Positions 1-37,393 of a stretch of DNA of 64,000 nt are shown in pieces (the first letter of the stretch is position 1; each line of letters starts with the position of its first letter). The position numbers and the translations under genes were made by a program. A model generated the notes under the pieces. That model saw only the letters and a program-made list of their open reading frames with translations. It did no database searches and was not told the DNA's origin. This stretch comes from the human T2T-CHM13v2.0 reference genome, Homo sapiens, in the NCBI GenBank assembly GCA_009914755.4, contig CP086569.2, positions 33,056,001-33,120,000 of the forward strand, read 5' to 3'.

Positions 1-274
1 TTATAATATATAAAAATTATAATATGTACTACAAATATATATATTATATATCATATATGATATAGTACCTTTGTTATATATCATAATACATAAAAATGTG
101 TATTATGTTATCTATAATTATATAATTTCATATATAAGATGTATAATATGTATCATATATTATATATGTTATGTAATATATATAGTATATATAAGATGAC
201 ACAGGATAAATATTATATACTATGACATATAAAATATATCAGGTTATATGTTACATATAAGGCATAGCACATAA

Positions 275-595
<321 letters not shown>

Positions 596-1140
596 ATATT
601 TTTTAAATGAAAAAAAATTTCAAAGGTACTCTGCTTGGTACAATAATCAAATGTATAAACTGAGGAATAAAACATAACCATGAAACCTACTTATAACTGC
701 ATATGGAAAATACAGAGGATAATTTTTTAAATAACATATTTTGAAAGCCTTAACTAGTAATTTGAAGAGTTGGCATTTGAAAGGCCAGTATGAATATACC
801 TTCAAAGCAGCAACACAGGTTCCCCATGAGAAAAAGCAAACACAGGGAAAATAAAAACACAAAGGTTCAATCTCTTCTGACCTTTGAAAGACACAGCACA
901 GACAGTGGTCCTTAGGACGAAGAGCAGGAGACCCCTAATTCCGTCACCATGGCGATAGGGCATAAACATTGCTGGGTGAGGGCACAATCCACATTGTGAG
1001 GTCCAACTGCTGCCAGGAAGACAGGAGTGCTTTTACACAGACCGAAAGGTCATTGAAGGCTCAGAGTTTTGTTTCAAGAACTGAATCCCAAGCCCACACG
1101 TTATTAGGCTGCGCTTCTTAAAACAAGTTATGAGATGGGA
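596..1140. other. ~545-bp GC-normal segment of the DYZ2-type unit, of unknown derivation; recurs once per unit except in unit 13
   Basis: Lies between the Alu 5' end and the start of the AT-rich block (gagatgggaaaaagggcacccacaaacatacg). Carries the recurring 71-aa and 61-aa minus-strand ORFs, which I treat as non-coding. Confidence 0.6.
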
Positions 1141-2420
1141 AAAAGGGCACCCACAAACATACGTATACATTATGTATATAATAATATACAGTATCATATA
1201 TATAATATATATAACCTATGTATAATATTGTTTTACATCCTGCATCTTATGTTATATATATTGTATAAAATATAATAATTGATAATATATAAGTTTTATA
1301 AATATACAATATGACATATAGTATATATTATAATTTATGACATATATAATATATGTTATATGTCATATATAGAATATATTATACGGTTAATATACGTATT
1401 AAATATAAATTATACATTATATATATTATATATAATATATCTGTTATATATAATACCCATTATGCATAATATATATATTATGTCTATGTTATATATAGTA
1501 TAAAACAACATATAATAATATATAATTGTATATATAAAATGCGACATATAATATATATTATATTTTATAACATATGTAATATATATTATATATTATATAT
1601 AATACGTTGTATGTAAAATACCTATATTAAATATATATTATATGACTATGTTATTAATTACATGTCACATGTGTTATATATTATATATTTTACATAGAAT
1701 ATACCGGTTACATACAACATATACTATGTTACCTATAATGTATAATTTATTACATGTAAAATAAAGAATGCAATATATTATGTATAATTTATAATATACC
1801 ATATGTAGAATGTGATATATATATCATATAATATATGATATATGATAGACAGTATATGATATATAACATACAATATATGATTCCTAATATATATGGTATA
1901 CAATATATATTTTATGATATGTATTCTATATGTTTTATATTCTGTTATATATAACTATTTGAAATTATATATAACTGTATAATATTTTATGTAAATATGT
2001 AATATAATATATATAACTATATAATATATTATATATAACTATATATTATGTTATATATACTTTTATAACATAATTTACATAAAATAACATAATATAATAT
2101 ATATTATATTATTTCATATTACATAATATATATTACATATCACCCAGTATAACTAACATACATAATATTATAATATAGATTATATTATGTTATATTAAAT
2201 ATCATATAAATCATGTATCATATATTCTATAATATATATTACACATTATATAATATGTATGTTGTCTATTATGTGATATATATAACTATATATATAATTA
2301 TATTTTTATACATATAACTAGATAAACATGTAATTCTACATATTTTCATTTATAATATGTAGAATTATATAATCATATATAATTATTTATATTCTATAAA
2401 AAATTTTATCATTATATAAA

Positions 2421-4840
<2,420 letters not shown>

Positions 4841-7260
4841 TTATAATATTTAAAAATTATAATATGTACTACAAATATATATATTATATATCATATATGA
4901 TATAGTACCTTTGTTATATATCATAATACATATAAATGTGTATTATGTTATCTATAATTATATAATTTCATATATAAGATGTATAATATGTATCATATAT
5001 TATATATGTTATGTAATATATATAGTATATATAAGATGACACAGGATAAATATTATATACTATGACATATTAAATATATGAGGTTATATGTTACATATAA
5101 GGCATAGCACATAACATGTAATATATATCATATATAATTTTTTTTTAGACAGAATCTTGTCCTGTTGCACACGGTGGGGTACAATGGCGCCAACTTTGCT
5201 CACTGCAACTTCTGCCTCACGGGTCCAAGCGATTGTCCTCCCTCAGCCTCCCAGGTAGCTGGGACTACACCACACTGGGACTACACCAGCTGCCACCATG
5301 CCTAGCTAATTTTTTGGATATTTAGTAGTGACAGCGTTTCACTGTATTGGCCAGGATGGTCTTGATCTCTTCACCTTGTGATCCCCTTGCCTTGGCCTCC
5401 AAATTTGCTGGGATTACAGGCCTGAGCCAAGATCCATATTTTTTAAATGAAAAAAAATTTCAAAGGTACTCTGCTTGGTACAATAATCAAATGTATAAAC
5501 TGAGGAATAAAACATAACCATGAAACCTACTTATAACTGCATATGGAAAATACAGAGGATAATTTTTTAAATAACATATTTTGAAAGCCTTAACTAGTAA
5601 TTTGAAGAGTTGGCATTTGAAAGGCCAGTATGAATATACCTTCAAAGTAGCAACACAGGTTCCCCATGAGAAAAAGCAAACACAGGGAAAATAAAAACAC
5701 AAAGGTTCAATCTCTTCTGACCTTTGAAAGACACAGCACAGACAGTGGTCCTTAGGACGAAGAGCAGGAGACCCCTAATTCCGTCACCATGGCGATAGGG
5801 CATAAACATTGCTGGGTGAGGGCACAATCCACATTGTGAGGTCCAACTGCTGCCAGGAAGACAGGAGTGCTTTTACATAGACCGAAAGGTCATTGAAGGC
5901 TCAGAGTTTTGTTTCAAGAACTGAATCCCAAGCCCACACGTTATTAGGCTGCGCTTCTTAAAACAAGTTATGAGATGGGAAAAAGGGCACCCACAAACAT
6001 ACGTATACATTATGTATATAATAATATACAGTATCATATATATAATATATATAAACTATGTATAATATTGTTTTACATCCTGCATCTTATGTTATATATA
6101 TTGTATAAAATATAATAATTGATAATATATAAGTTTTATAATTATACAATATGACATATAGTATATATTATAATTTATGACATATATAATATATGTTATA
6201 TATCATATATAGAATATATTATACGGTTAATATACGTATTAAATATAAATTATACATTATATATATTATATATAATATATCTGTTATATATAATACACAT
6301 TATGCATAATATATATATTATGTCTATGTTATATATAGTATAAAACAACATATAATAATATATAATTGTATATATAAAATGCGACATATAATATATATTA
6401 TATTTTATAACATATGTAATATATATTATATATTATATATAATACGTTGTATGTATAATACCTATATTAAATATATATTATATGACTATGTTATTAATTA
6501 CATGTCACATGTGTTATATATTATATATTTTACATAGAATATACCGGTAACATACAATATATACTATGTTACCTATAATGTATAATTTAATACATGTAAA
6601 ATAAAGAATGCAATATATTATGTATAATTTATAATATACAATATGTGGAATGTGATATATATAACATATAATATATGATATATGATATACAGTATATGAT
6701 ATATAACATACAATATATGATTCCTAATATATATGGTATACAATATATATTTTATGATATGTATTCTATATGTTTTATATTCTGTTATATATAACTATTT
6801 GAAATTATATATAACTGTATAATATTTTATGTAAATATGTAATATAACATATATAACTATATAATATATTATATATAACTATATATTATGTTATATATAC
6901 TTTTATAACATAATTTACATAAAATATCATAATATAATATATCTTATATTATTTCATATTACATAATATATATTACATATCACCCAATATAACTAACATA
7001 CATAATATTATAATATAGATTATATTGTGTTATATTACATATCATATATATCATGTATCATATATTCTATAATATATATTACACAGTATATAATATGTGT
7101 GTTGTCTATTATGTGATATATATAACTATATATATAATTATATTTTTATACATATAACTAGATAAACATGTAATTCTACATATTTTCACTTATATTATGT
7201 AGAATTATATAATCATATATAATTATTTATATTCTATAAAAAATTTTATCATTATATAAA
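4841..7260. repeat. DYZ2-type unit 3
   Basis: 2,420 bp; a few substitutions relative to units 1-2. Confidence 0.85.
5138..5435 (-). mobile_element. Alu fossil, unit 3 copy
   Basis: Same element, +2,420 bp. Confidence 0.85.
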
Positions 7261-9680
<2,420 letters not shown>

Positions 9681-12100
9681 TTATAATATATAAAAATTAT
9701 AATATGTACTACAAATATATATATTATATATCATATATGATATAGTACCTTTGTTATATATCATAATACATATAAATGTGTATTATGTTATCTATAATTA
9801 TATAATTTCATATATAAGTTGTATAATATGTATCATATATTATATATGTTATGTAGTATATATAGTATATATAAGATGACACAGGATAAATATTATATAC
9901 TATGACATATAAAATATATGAGGTTATATGTTACATATAAGACATAGCACATAATATGTAATATATATCATATATAATTTTTTTTTAGACAGAATCTTGT
10001 CCTGTTGCACAGGGTGGGTTACAATGGCGCCATCTTTGCTCACTGCAACTTCTGCCTCACGGGTCCAAGCGATTGTCCTCCCTCAGCCTCCCAGGTAGCT
10101 GGGACTACACCACACTGGGACTACACCAGCTGCCACCATGCCTAGCTAATTTTTTGGATTTTTAGTAGTGACAGCGTTTCACTGTATTGGCCAGGATGGT
10201 CTTGATCTCTTCACCTTGTGATCCCCTTGCCTTGGCCTCCAAATTTGCTGGGATTACAGGCCTGAGCCAAGATCCATATTTTTTAAATGAAAAAAAATTT
10301 CAAAGGTACTCTGCTTGGTACAATAATCAAATGTATAAACTGAGGAATAAAACATAACCATGAAACCTACTTATAACTGCATATGGAAAATACAGAGGAT
10401 AATTTTTTAAATAACATATTTTGAAAGCCTTAACTAGTAATTTGAATAGTTGGCATTTGAAAGGCAAGTATGAATGTACCTTCAAAGCAGCAACACAGGT
10501 TCCCCATGAGAAAAAGCAAACACAGGGAAAATAAAAACACAAAGGTTCAATCTCTTCTGACCTTTGAAAGACACAGCACAGACAGTGGTCCTTAGGACGA
10601 AGAGCAGGAGACCCCTAATTCCGTCACCATGGCGATAGGGCATAAACATTGCTGGGTGAGGGCACAATCCACATTGTGAGGTCCAACTGCTGCCAGGAAG
10701 ACAGGAGTGCTTTTACACAGACCGAAAGGTCATTGAAGGCTCAGAGTTTTGTTTCAAGAACTGAATCCCAAGCCCACACGTTATTAGGCTGCGCTTCTTA
10801 AAACAAGTTATGAGATGGGAAAAAGGGCACCCACAAACATACGTATACATTATGTATATAATAATATACAGTATCATATATATAATATATATAACCTATG
10901 TATAATATTGTTTTACATCCTGCATCTTATGTTATATATATTGTATAAAATATAATAATTGATAATATATAAGTTTTATAATTATACAATATGACATATA
11001 GTATATATTATAATTTATGACATATATAATATATGTTATATATCATATATAGAATATATTGTACGGTTAATATACGTATTAAATATAAATTATACATTAT
11101 ATATATTATATATAATATATCTGTTATATATAATACCCATTATGCATAATATATATATTATGTCTATGTTATATATAGTATAAAGCAACATATAATAATA
11201 TATAATTGTATATATAAAATGCGACATATAATATATATTATATTTTATACCATATGTAATATATATTATATATTATATATAATACATTGTATGTATAATA
11301 CCTATATTAAATATATATTATATGACTATGTTATTAATTACATGTCACATGTGTTATATATTATATATTTTACATAGAATATACCGGTTACATACAATAT
11401 ATACTATGTTACCTATAATGTACAATTTATTACATGTAAAATAAAGAATGCAATATATTATGTATAATTTATAATATACAATATGTGGAATGTGATATAT
11501 ATAACATATAATATATGATATATGATATACAGTATATGATATATAACATACAATATATGATTCCTAATATATATGGTATACAATATATATTTTATGATAT
11601 GTATTCTATATGTTTTATATTCTGTTATATATAACTATTTGAAATTATATATAACTGTATAATATTTTATGTAAATATGTAATATAATATATATAACTAT
11701 ATAATATATTATATATAACTATATATTATGTTATATATACTTTTATAACATAATTTACATAAAATATCATAATATAATATATATTATATTATTTCATATT
11801 ACATAATATATATTACATATCACCCAATATAACTAACATACATAATATTATAATAAAGATTATATTATGTTATATTAAATATCATATATATCATGTATCA
11901 TATATTCTAAAATATATATTACACATTATATAGTATGTATGTTGTCTATTATGTGATATATATAACTATATATATAATTATATTTTTATACATATAACTA
12001 GATAAACATGTAATTCTACATATTTTCATTTATAATATGTAGAATTATATAATCATATATAATTATTTATATTCTATAAAAAATTTTATCATTATATAAA
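9681..12100. repeat. DYZ2-type unit 5
   Basis: 2,420 bp. Confidence 0.85.
9978..10275 (-). mobile_element. Alu fossil, unit 5 copy
   Basis: Same element, +2,420 bp. Confidence 0.85.
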
Positions 12101-16940
<4,840 letters not shown>

Positions 16941-19110
16941 AATATATAAAAATAATAATATGTACTACAAATATATATATTATATATCATATATGATATA
17001 GTACCTTTGTTATATATCATAATACATATAAATGTGTATTGTGTTATCTATAATTATATAATTTCATATATAAGATGTACAACATGTATTATATATTACA
17101 TGTGGTGTAGCTGGGACTACACCACACTGGGACTACACCAGCTGCCACCATGCCTAGCTAATTTTTTGGATTTTTAGTAGTGACAGCGTTTCACTGTATT
17201 GGCCTGCATGGTATTGATCTCTTCACCTTGTGATCCCCTTGCCTTGGCATCCAAATTTGCTGGGATTACAGGCCTGAGCCAAGATCCATATTTTGTAAAT
17301 GAAAAAAAATTTCAAAGGTACTCTGCTTGGTACAATAATCAAATGTATAAACTGAGGAATAAAACATAACCATGAAACCTACTTATAACTGCATATGGAA
17401 AATACAGAGGATAATTTTTTAAATAACATATTTTGAAAGCCTTAACTAGTAATTTGAAGAGTTGGCATTTGAAAGGCCAGTATGAATATACCTTCAAAGC
17501 AGCAACACAGGTTCCCCATGAGAAAAAGCAAACTCAGGGAAAATGAAACCACAAAGGTTCAATCTCTTCTGACCTTTGAAAGACACAGCACAGACAGTGG
17601 TCCTTAGGACGAAGAGCAGGAGACCCCTAATTCCGTCACCATGGCGATAGGGCATAAACATTGCTGGGTGAGGGCACAATCCACATTGTGAGGTCCAACT
17701 GCTGCCAGGAAGACAGGAGTGCTTTTACATAGACCAAAAGTTCATTGAAGGCTCAGAGTTTTGTTTCAAGAACTGAATCCCAAGCCCACACGTTATTAGG
17801 CTGCGCTTCTTAAAACAAGTTATGAGATGGGAAAAAGGGCACCCACAAACATACGTATACATTATGTATATAATAATATACAGTATCATATATATAATAT
17901 ATATAACCTATGTATAATATTGTTTTACATCATGCATCTTATGTTATATATATTGTATAAAATATAATAATTGATAATATATAAGTTTTATATTTATGCA
18001 ATATGACATATAGTATATATTATAATTTATGACGTATATAATATATGTTATATATCATATACAGAATATATTATACGGTTAATATACGTATTAAATATAA
18101 ATTATACATTATATATTATATATAATATATCTGTTATATATAATACCCATTATGCATAATATATATATTATGTCTATGTTATATATAGTATAAAACAACA
18201 TATAATAATATATAATTGTATATATAAAATGCGACATATAATATATATTATATTTTATGACATATGTAATATATATTATATATTATATATAATACGTTGT
18301 ATGTATAATACCTATATTAAATATATATTATATGACTATGTTATTAATTACATGTCACATGTGTTATATATTATATATTTTACATAGAATATACCGGTTA
18401 CATACAATATATACTCTGTTACCTATAATGTATAATTTATTACATGTAAAATAAAGAATGCAATATATTATGTATAATTTATAATATACAATATGTGGAA
18501 TGTGATATATATAACATATAATATATGATATATGATATACAGTATATGATATATAACATACAATATATGATACCTAGTATATATGGTATACAATATATAT
18601 ATTATGATATGTATTCTATATGTTTTATATTCTGTTATATATAACTAATTGAAATTATATATAACTGTATAATATTTTATGTAAATATGTAATATAATAT
18701 ATATAACTATATAATATAATATATATAACTATATATTATTATATATATACTTTTATAACAAAATTTACATAAAATATCATAATATAATATATATTATATT
18801 ATTTCATATTACATAATATATATTACATATCACCCAATATAAGTAACATACATAATATTAAATTATATATTATATTATATTATATTAAATATTATATATA
18901 TCATGTATCATATATTCTATAATATATATTACACATTATATAATATGTATGTTGTCTATTATGTGATATATATAACTATATATATACTTATATTATTATA
19001 CATATAACTAGATAAACATGTAATTCTACATATTTTCATTTATAATATATAGAATTATATAATCATATATAATTATTTATATTCTATGAAAAATTATATA
19101 ATTATATAAA
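16941..19110. repeat. DYZ2-type unit 8, short (2,170 bp) because of a ~248-bp internal deletion
   Basis: ORF copy spacing 15322 to 17494 is 2,172 instead of 2,420. The deletion removes ~133 bp of AT-rich flank plus the poly-A-proximal ~115 bp of the Alu (sequence around 17060-17105). Confidence 0.8.
17105..17287 (-). mobile_element. Alu fossil, unit 8 copy, truncated (~183 bp; the poly-A-proximal part is deleted)
   Basis: Begins abruptly at gtgtagctgggactacaccac after AT-rich sequence; the 5'-end motif gagccaagatcc is retained at 17276-17287. Confidence 0.8.
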
Positions 19111-26507
<7,397 letters not shown>

Positions 26508-28918
26508 TTATAATATATAAAAATTATAATATGTACTACAAATATATATATTATATATCATATATGATATAGTACCTTTGTTATATATCATAATACATAT
26601 AAATGTGTATTATGTTATCTATAATTATATAATTTCATATATAAGATGTATAATATGTATTATTTATTATATATGTTATGTAATATATATAGTATATATA
26701 AGCTGACACAGGATAAATATTATATACTATGACATATAAAATATATGAGGTTATATGTTACATATAAGGCATAGCACATAACATGTAATATATATCATAT
26801 ATAATATTTTTTTAGACAGAGTCTTGTCCTGTTGCACATGGTGGAGTACAATGGCGCCATCTTTGCTCACTGTAACATCTGCCTCATGGGTCCAAGCGAT
26901 TGTCCTCCCTCAGCCTCCCAGGTAGCTGGGACTGCACCACACTGGGACTACACCAGCTGCCACCATGCCTAGCTAATTTTTTGGATTTTTAGTAGTGACA
27001 GCGTTTCACTGTATTGGCCAGGATGGTCTTGATCTCTTCACCTTGTGATCCCCTTGCCTTGGCCTCCAAATTTGCTGGGATTACAGGCCTGAGCCAAGAT
27101 CCATATTTTTTAAATGAAAAAAAATTTCAAAGGTACTCTGCTTGGTACAATAATCAAATGTATAAACTGAGGAATAAAACATAACCATGAAACCTACTTA
27201 TTACTGCATATGGAAAATACAGAGGATAATTTTTTAAATAACATATTTTGAAAGCCTTAACTAGTAATTTGAAGAGTTGGCATTTGAAAGGCCAGTATGA
27301 ATATTCCTTCAGAGCAGCAACACAGGTTCCCCATGAGAAAAAGCAAACTCAGGGAAAATGAAACCACAAAGGTTCAATCTCTTCTGACCTTTGAAAGACA
27401 CAGCACAGACAGTGGTCCTTAGGACGAAGAGCAGGAGACCCCTAATTCCGTCACCATTGCGATAGGGCATAAACATTGCTGGGTGAGGGCACAATCCACA
27501 TTGTGAGGTCCAACTGCTGCCAGGAAGACAGGAGTGCTTTTACATAGACCGAAAGGTCATTGAAGGCTCAGAGTTTTGTTTCAAGAACTGAATCCCAAGC
27601 CCACACGTTATTAGGCTGCGCTTCTTAAAACAAGTTATGAGATGGGAAAAAGGGCACCCACAAACATACGTATACATTATGTATATAATAATATACAGTA
27701 TCATATATATAATATATATAACCTGTATATAATATTGTTTTACATCCTGCATCTTATATTATATATATTGTGTAAAATATAATAATTGATAATATATAAG
27801 TTTTATATTTATACAATATGACATATAGTATATATTATAATTTATGACATATATAATATATGTTATATATAATATATAGAATATATTATACGGTTAATAT
27901 ACGTATTAAATATAAATTATACATTATATATATTATATATAATATATCTGTTATATATAATACCCATTATACATAATATATATATTATGTCTATGTTTTA
28001 TATAGTATAAACCAACATATAATAATATATAATTGTATATATAAAATGTGACATATAATATATATTATGTTTTATGACATATGTAACATGTATTATATAT
28101 TATAGATATTACGTTGTATGTATAATACCTATATTAAATATATATTATATGACGATGTTATTAATTACATGTCACATATGTTATATATTATATATTTTAC
28201 ATGGAATATACCGGTTACATATAATATATACTATGTTACCTATAATGTATAATTTATTACATGTAATATAATGAATGTCATATATTATATATAATTTATA
28301 ATATACAATATGTGGAATGTGATATATATAACATATATGATATATGATATAAAGTATATGATATATAACATACAATATATGATACGTAATATATATGGTA
28401 TACAATATATATTTTATGATATGTATTCTATATGTTTTATATTCTGTTATATATAACTATTTGAAATTATATATAACTGTATAATATTTTATGTAAATAT
28501 GTAATATAATATATATAACTATATAATATATTATATATAACTATATTTTATGTTATATATACTTTTATAACATAATTTACATAAAATATAATAATATAAA
28601 ATATATTATATTATTTCATATTACATAATATATATTCAATATCACCCAATATAAGTAACATACATACTATTAAAATATAGATTATATTATGTTATATTAA
28701 ATATCATATATATCATGTATCATATATTCTATAATATATATTATGCATTATATAATATGCATGTTGTCTATTATGTGATATATATAACTATATATATAAT
28801 TGTATTATTATACATATAACTATATAAACATTTAATTCTATATATTTTCATTTACAATATATAGAATTATATAATCATAATTATTTATATTCTATAAAAA
28901 ATTATATCATTATATAAA
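26508..28918. repeat. DYZ2-type unit 12
   Basis: ~2,411 bp, more diverged. Confidence 0.75.
26805..27102 (-). mobile_element. Alu fossil, unit 12 copy
   Basis: Same element. Confidence 0.8.
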
Positions 28919-30212
28919 TTATAATGAGATGGGAAATAGGGCACACACAAACATACGTATACATTATGTATATAATAATATACAGTATCATATATATAAC
29001 ATATATAACCTATGTATAATATTGTTTTACATCCTGCATCTTATATTATATATATTGTATATAATATAATAATTGATAATATATAAGTTTTATATTTATA
29101 CAATATGACATATAATATATATTATATTTTATAACATATATAATATATATTATGTATCATATATAATATATTATATGGTTAATATACGTATTAAATATAA
29201 AATATATATTATAAGTATTATATATAGTGTACCTAAGTTATATATAATATACCCTATATATAATATATATATTATGTCTATGTTATATATAGTATAAAAC
29301 AACATATAATAATATATAATTTTATATATAAAATATGACATATAATATATATTATATTTTATGACCTGTATAATTTATATTATATATTATATACAATACG
29401 TTTTATGTATAATATATATATTAAATATATATTATATGACTATGTTATTAATTATATGTCATATATGTTATATATTATATATTTTACATAGAATATACTG
29501 GTTATATATAATATATACTATGTTACCTATAATGTATAATTTATTACATATAATATATTGTATGTCATATATTATATATAATTTATAATATACAATATGT
29601 GGAATATGATATATATAACATATAATATATGATATATGATATACAATATATGATATATAATATACAATATATGATACATTATATAGATGGTATACAATAT
29701 ATATTTTATGATATGTATTATATATGTTTTATATTATGTTATATATAAGTATGTGAAATAATATATAACTGTATAATATTTTATGTAAATATGTAATATA
29801 ATATATATAACTATGAAATATATTATATATAACTATAAATTATGTCTTATATAGTTTTATTACACTTTACATAAAATATCATAATATAATATATATTATA
29901 TTATTTTATGTTACATAATATATATTATATATCACATAATATAAGTTACTTACATAATATTAAAATATAGATTATATTATGATGTATTAAATATCATATA
30001 TATCATGTATCATATATTGTATAATATATATTATACATTTTATATTATATATGTTGTCTATTATGTGATATATATAATTATATATATAATTACATTATTA
30101 TACATATAACTACATAAAGATGTAATTCCATATGTTTTTATTTACAGTATATATAATTATATAATCATATATATTTATTTATATTCTAGAAAAAATTATA
30201 TCATTATATAAA
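28919..30212. repeat. DYZ2-type unit 13, Alu-less partial unit (~1,294 bp)
   Basis: At 28919-28935 the unit start motif ttataat is fused directly to gagatgggaaatagggcac, the 3' end of the GC-normal block. About 1,135 bp is therefore missing (AT flank, Alu and almost all of the GC-normal block), and only the AT-rich block remains. Confidence 0.75.
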
Positions 30213-34660
<4,448 letters not shown>

Positions 34661-34664
34661 TATG

Positions 34665-37393
34665 GACTCCTTTGGAATGGTCTAGTATGCAATGCAATCG
34701 ACTGGCAGGGAATTAAAAGGAATGCAATCGAATGGATTGCACAGGAATGCAATGGACTCGAATAGATTGGAAACAGAATGCAAAGGAATGGAATGGAATA
34801 GTATGGAATGGAATGGAAAGGAATGGAGTGGAATAGACTAGAGTAGAATGGAATTTACTCGAAAGCAATGGACTGGAATAGAACTTTCTTGAATGGGCTG
34901 GAATCAAACGGAATGGAATGCTGTGCAATCAAATAGAATGAAAGAGAATCAAATCCAATCGAATGGATTGGAAAGGAATTGACTGAAATGGAATGGACTA
35001 GAATGGAAGGCAAAGGAATGGAATCTATAGGAATGGACTGTAATGGAATGGAATGGAAGGGATTGGAATGGAATCGAATGGAATGGACTGCAATAGAAAG
35101 GATTCGAATGGAATGAAAAAGAATTGAATGGAATAGAACAGAATGGAATCAAATCGAATGAAATGGAATGGAATAGAAAGGATTCGAATGGAATGCAATC
35201 GAACGGAATGGAATCGAACGGAATGGAAAAAAATGGAAGAAAACTGGCAAGAAATGGAATCGAAATGAATGGAGTGTTATGGAACGGACTCAAAAGGAAT
35301 TGAATGTAATAGAATGGAGTGGAGTGGACTCGAATATAATGGACTGGAATGGAATGAAATCACATGGAATGGGAACGAATGGAATGGAATGGAAAGGAAT
35401 GGAATCGAATGGAAAGGAATCGAATGGAAGGGAATGAAATTGAATCAACAGGAATGGAAGGGAATAGAATAGACGGTAATGGAATGGACTCGAATAGAAT
35501 GGACACGAATGCTCAAATTGAATGGACTCGAATGGAATGGAAACGAAAGGAATGTCATCGAATGTAATTGAATCGATTGGAATGAAATCGCATAGAATGG
35601 AGTGGAATCAAATGGAATTGAGTCGAAAGGAAAGGAAGCGAATGGACTGAAATGAAATGGAATGGAATTGAATGGAAAGTAATGCAATGGAATAGAATGG
35701 AACGAAATTTCACGGAATGGAATCAAACTGAATGGAATCAAATCAATGGAATCAAATCAAATGGAATGGAAAGGAATTGAATGGAGTAGATGGGATTGGA
35801 TGGGATTGGAATGAAATGTACTGGAAAGAACTCGAATTTCATGAAACGGAATGGAATGAATTGGAACGGAATGGACTCGAATGGAATGGAATGTCATGGA
35901 ATGGCATCAAATGGAATGGCATCAAATGGAATGGAATCGAATGCAATGGAATGCTATGGAATGGAATGGAATGCATTGGAATGGAATGTCCTCTAATGGA
36001 ATGGATTCGAGTGGAATGGAATCGAATATAATGGAGTCGAATGAAATGGAATTGAAAGGAATGGGACCGAATACAATGGAATATACTGGAATGTAATGTA
36101 ATGAACTCGAATGTAATTGACTGCAATGGAATGTACATGAATGGAATGTAATCGAATGGAAAGTAATCCAATGGAATAGAATCTAATGCAATAAAATCGA
36201 CTCAAATAGAATAGAATGTAATGGAATGGAGTGCAGTGCAATGGAATGGAATGGAATGGAATGCAGTGGAATGGAATGGAATGGAATGCAATGGAATGGA
36301 ATGTATTAGAATGTAATGAACATTAATGGAATGTACTCGAATGGATTCGACTGGAATGGAATCGTACGGAATGGAATCTAATGGAATGGAATTAAATGGA
36401 AATGAATCAAATTGAATAGCACGGAATTGAATTGAATGGAATGGAATGCAATGGAATCTAATGAAACGGAAAGGAAAGGAATGGAATGGAATGGAATGGG
36501 CTGGAATGGAAAGGAATCGAAACGAATGGAATGGAATCGAACTGAAGAGACTGGAATGGAATGCACTGGAATGGAAGGGAGTGTAATGGAAGGTTCTCGA
36601 AAAAAATGGAATCGAATGGAATGGAATTGAATGGAACGGAATAGAGTCGAATGGAATTGAATGGAATGGAATGGACTAGAGTGAAATGGAATCGAACCAC
36701 AAGGAATGGACAGGAATAGAATGGTCTCGAATTGAATGGAATCGTATGGAATGGCATCAAACGGAATGGAATGGACAGCCACGGAATGGAATGCACTCGA
36801 ATGCAATGGAGTCGAAACTAATGGACTGGAATAGAATGGACTCGACTGGTACGGACTCCAATGGAATGGAATCGAATGCAAGGGAATCGAACGGAATGGA
36901 CTCGAAGGGAAAAGACTGCAATGGAAAGGTCTCGAATGGAATGGAAATTAATGGAATGGATTGGAATCGAATGAAATGGAGTCAAAAGGAATGGAATCGA
37001 ATGGCAAGAAATCAAATGTAATGGAATCGCAAGGAATTGATGTGAACGGAACGGAATGGAATGGAATCCAAAGGAATGGAATAGAATGGAATGGAATCGA
37101 ATGGAAAGGACTCGAATGGAAATCACTCGAATAGAATGCAATTTAATAAAATAGGATCAAATGTAATGGAATGGAATGGAAAGGAATCGAAACGAAAGGA
37201 ATGGAGACAGATGGAATGGAATGGAACAGAGAGCAATGGTATAGAATGGAATGGAATCATCTGGAATGGAATTGAATGGAATGGAATAACATGAAATGGA
37301 ATGGAATGGAATGGAATGCCCTTGAATTAAATGGACTGGAATGGAATGGACTCGAACAGAGTGGAATGGAAAGTGTTGAAATATAATGGAATG
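34665..37393 (+). repeat. DYZ1-type unit 1, degenerate (2,729 bp)
   Basis: Relative to unit 2: ~105 bp net loss between 34928 and 35269; a 15-bp gain near 35950; ~730 bp deleted between 36241 and 36378, corresponding to unit-2 positions ~39080-39810. Confidence 0.8.
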
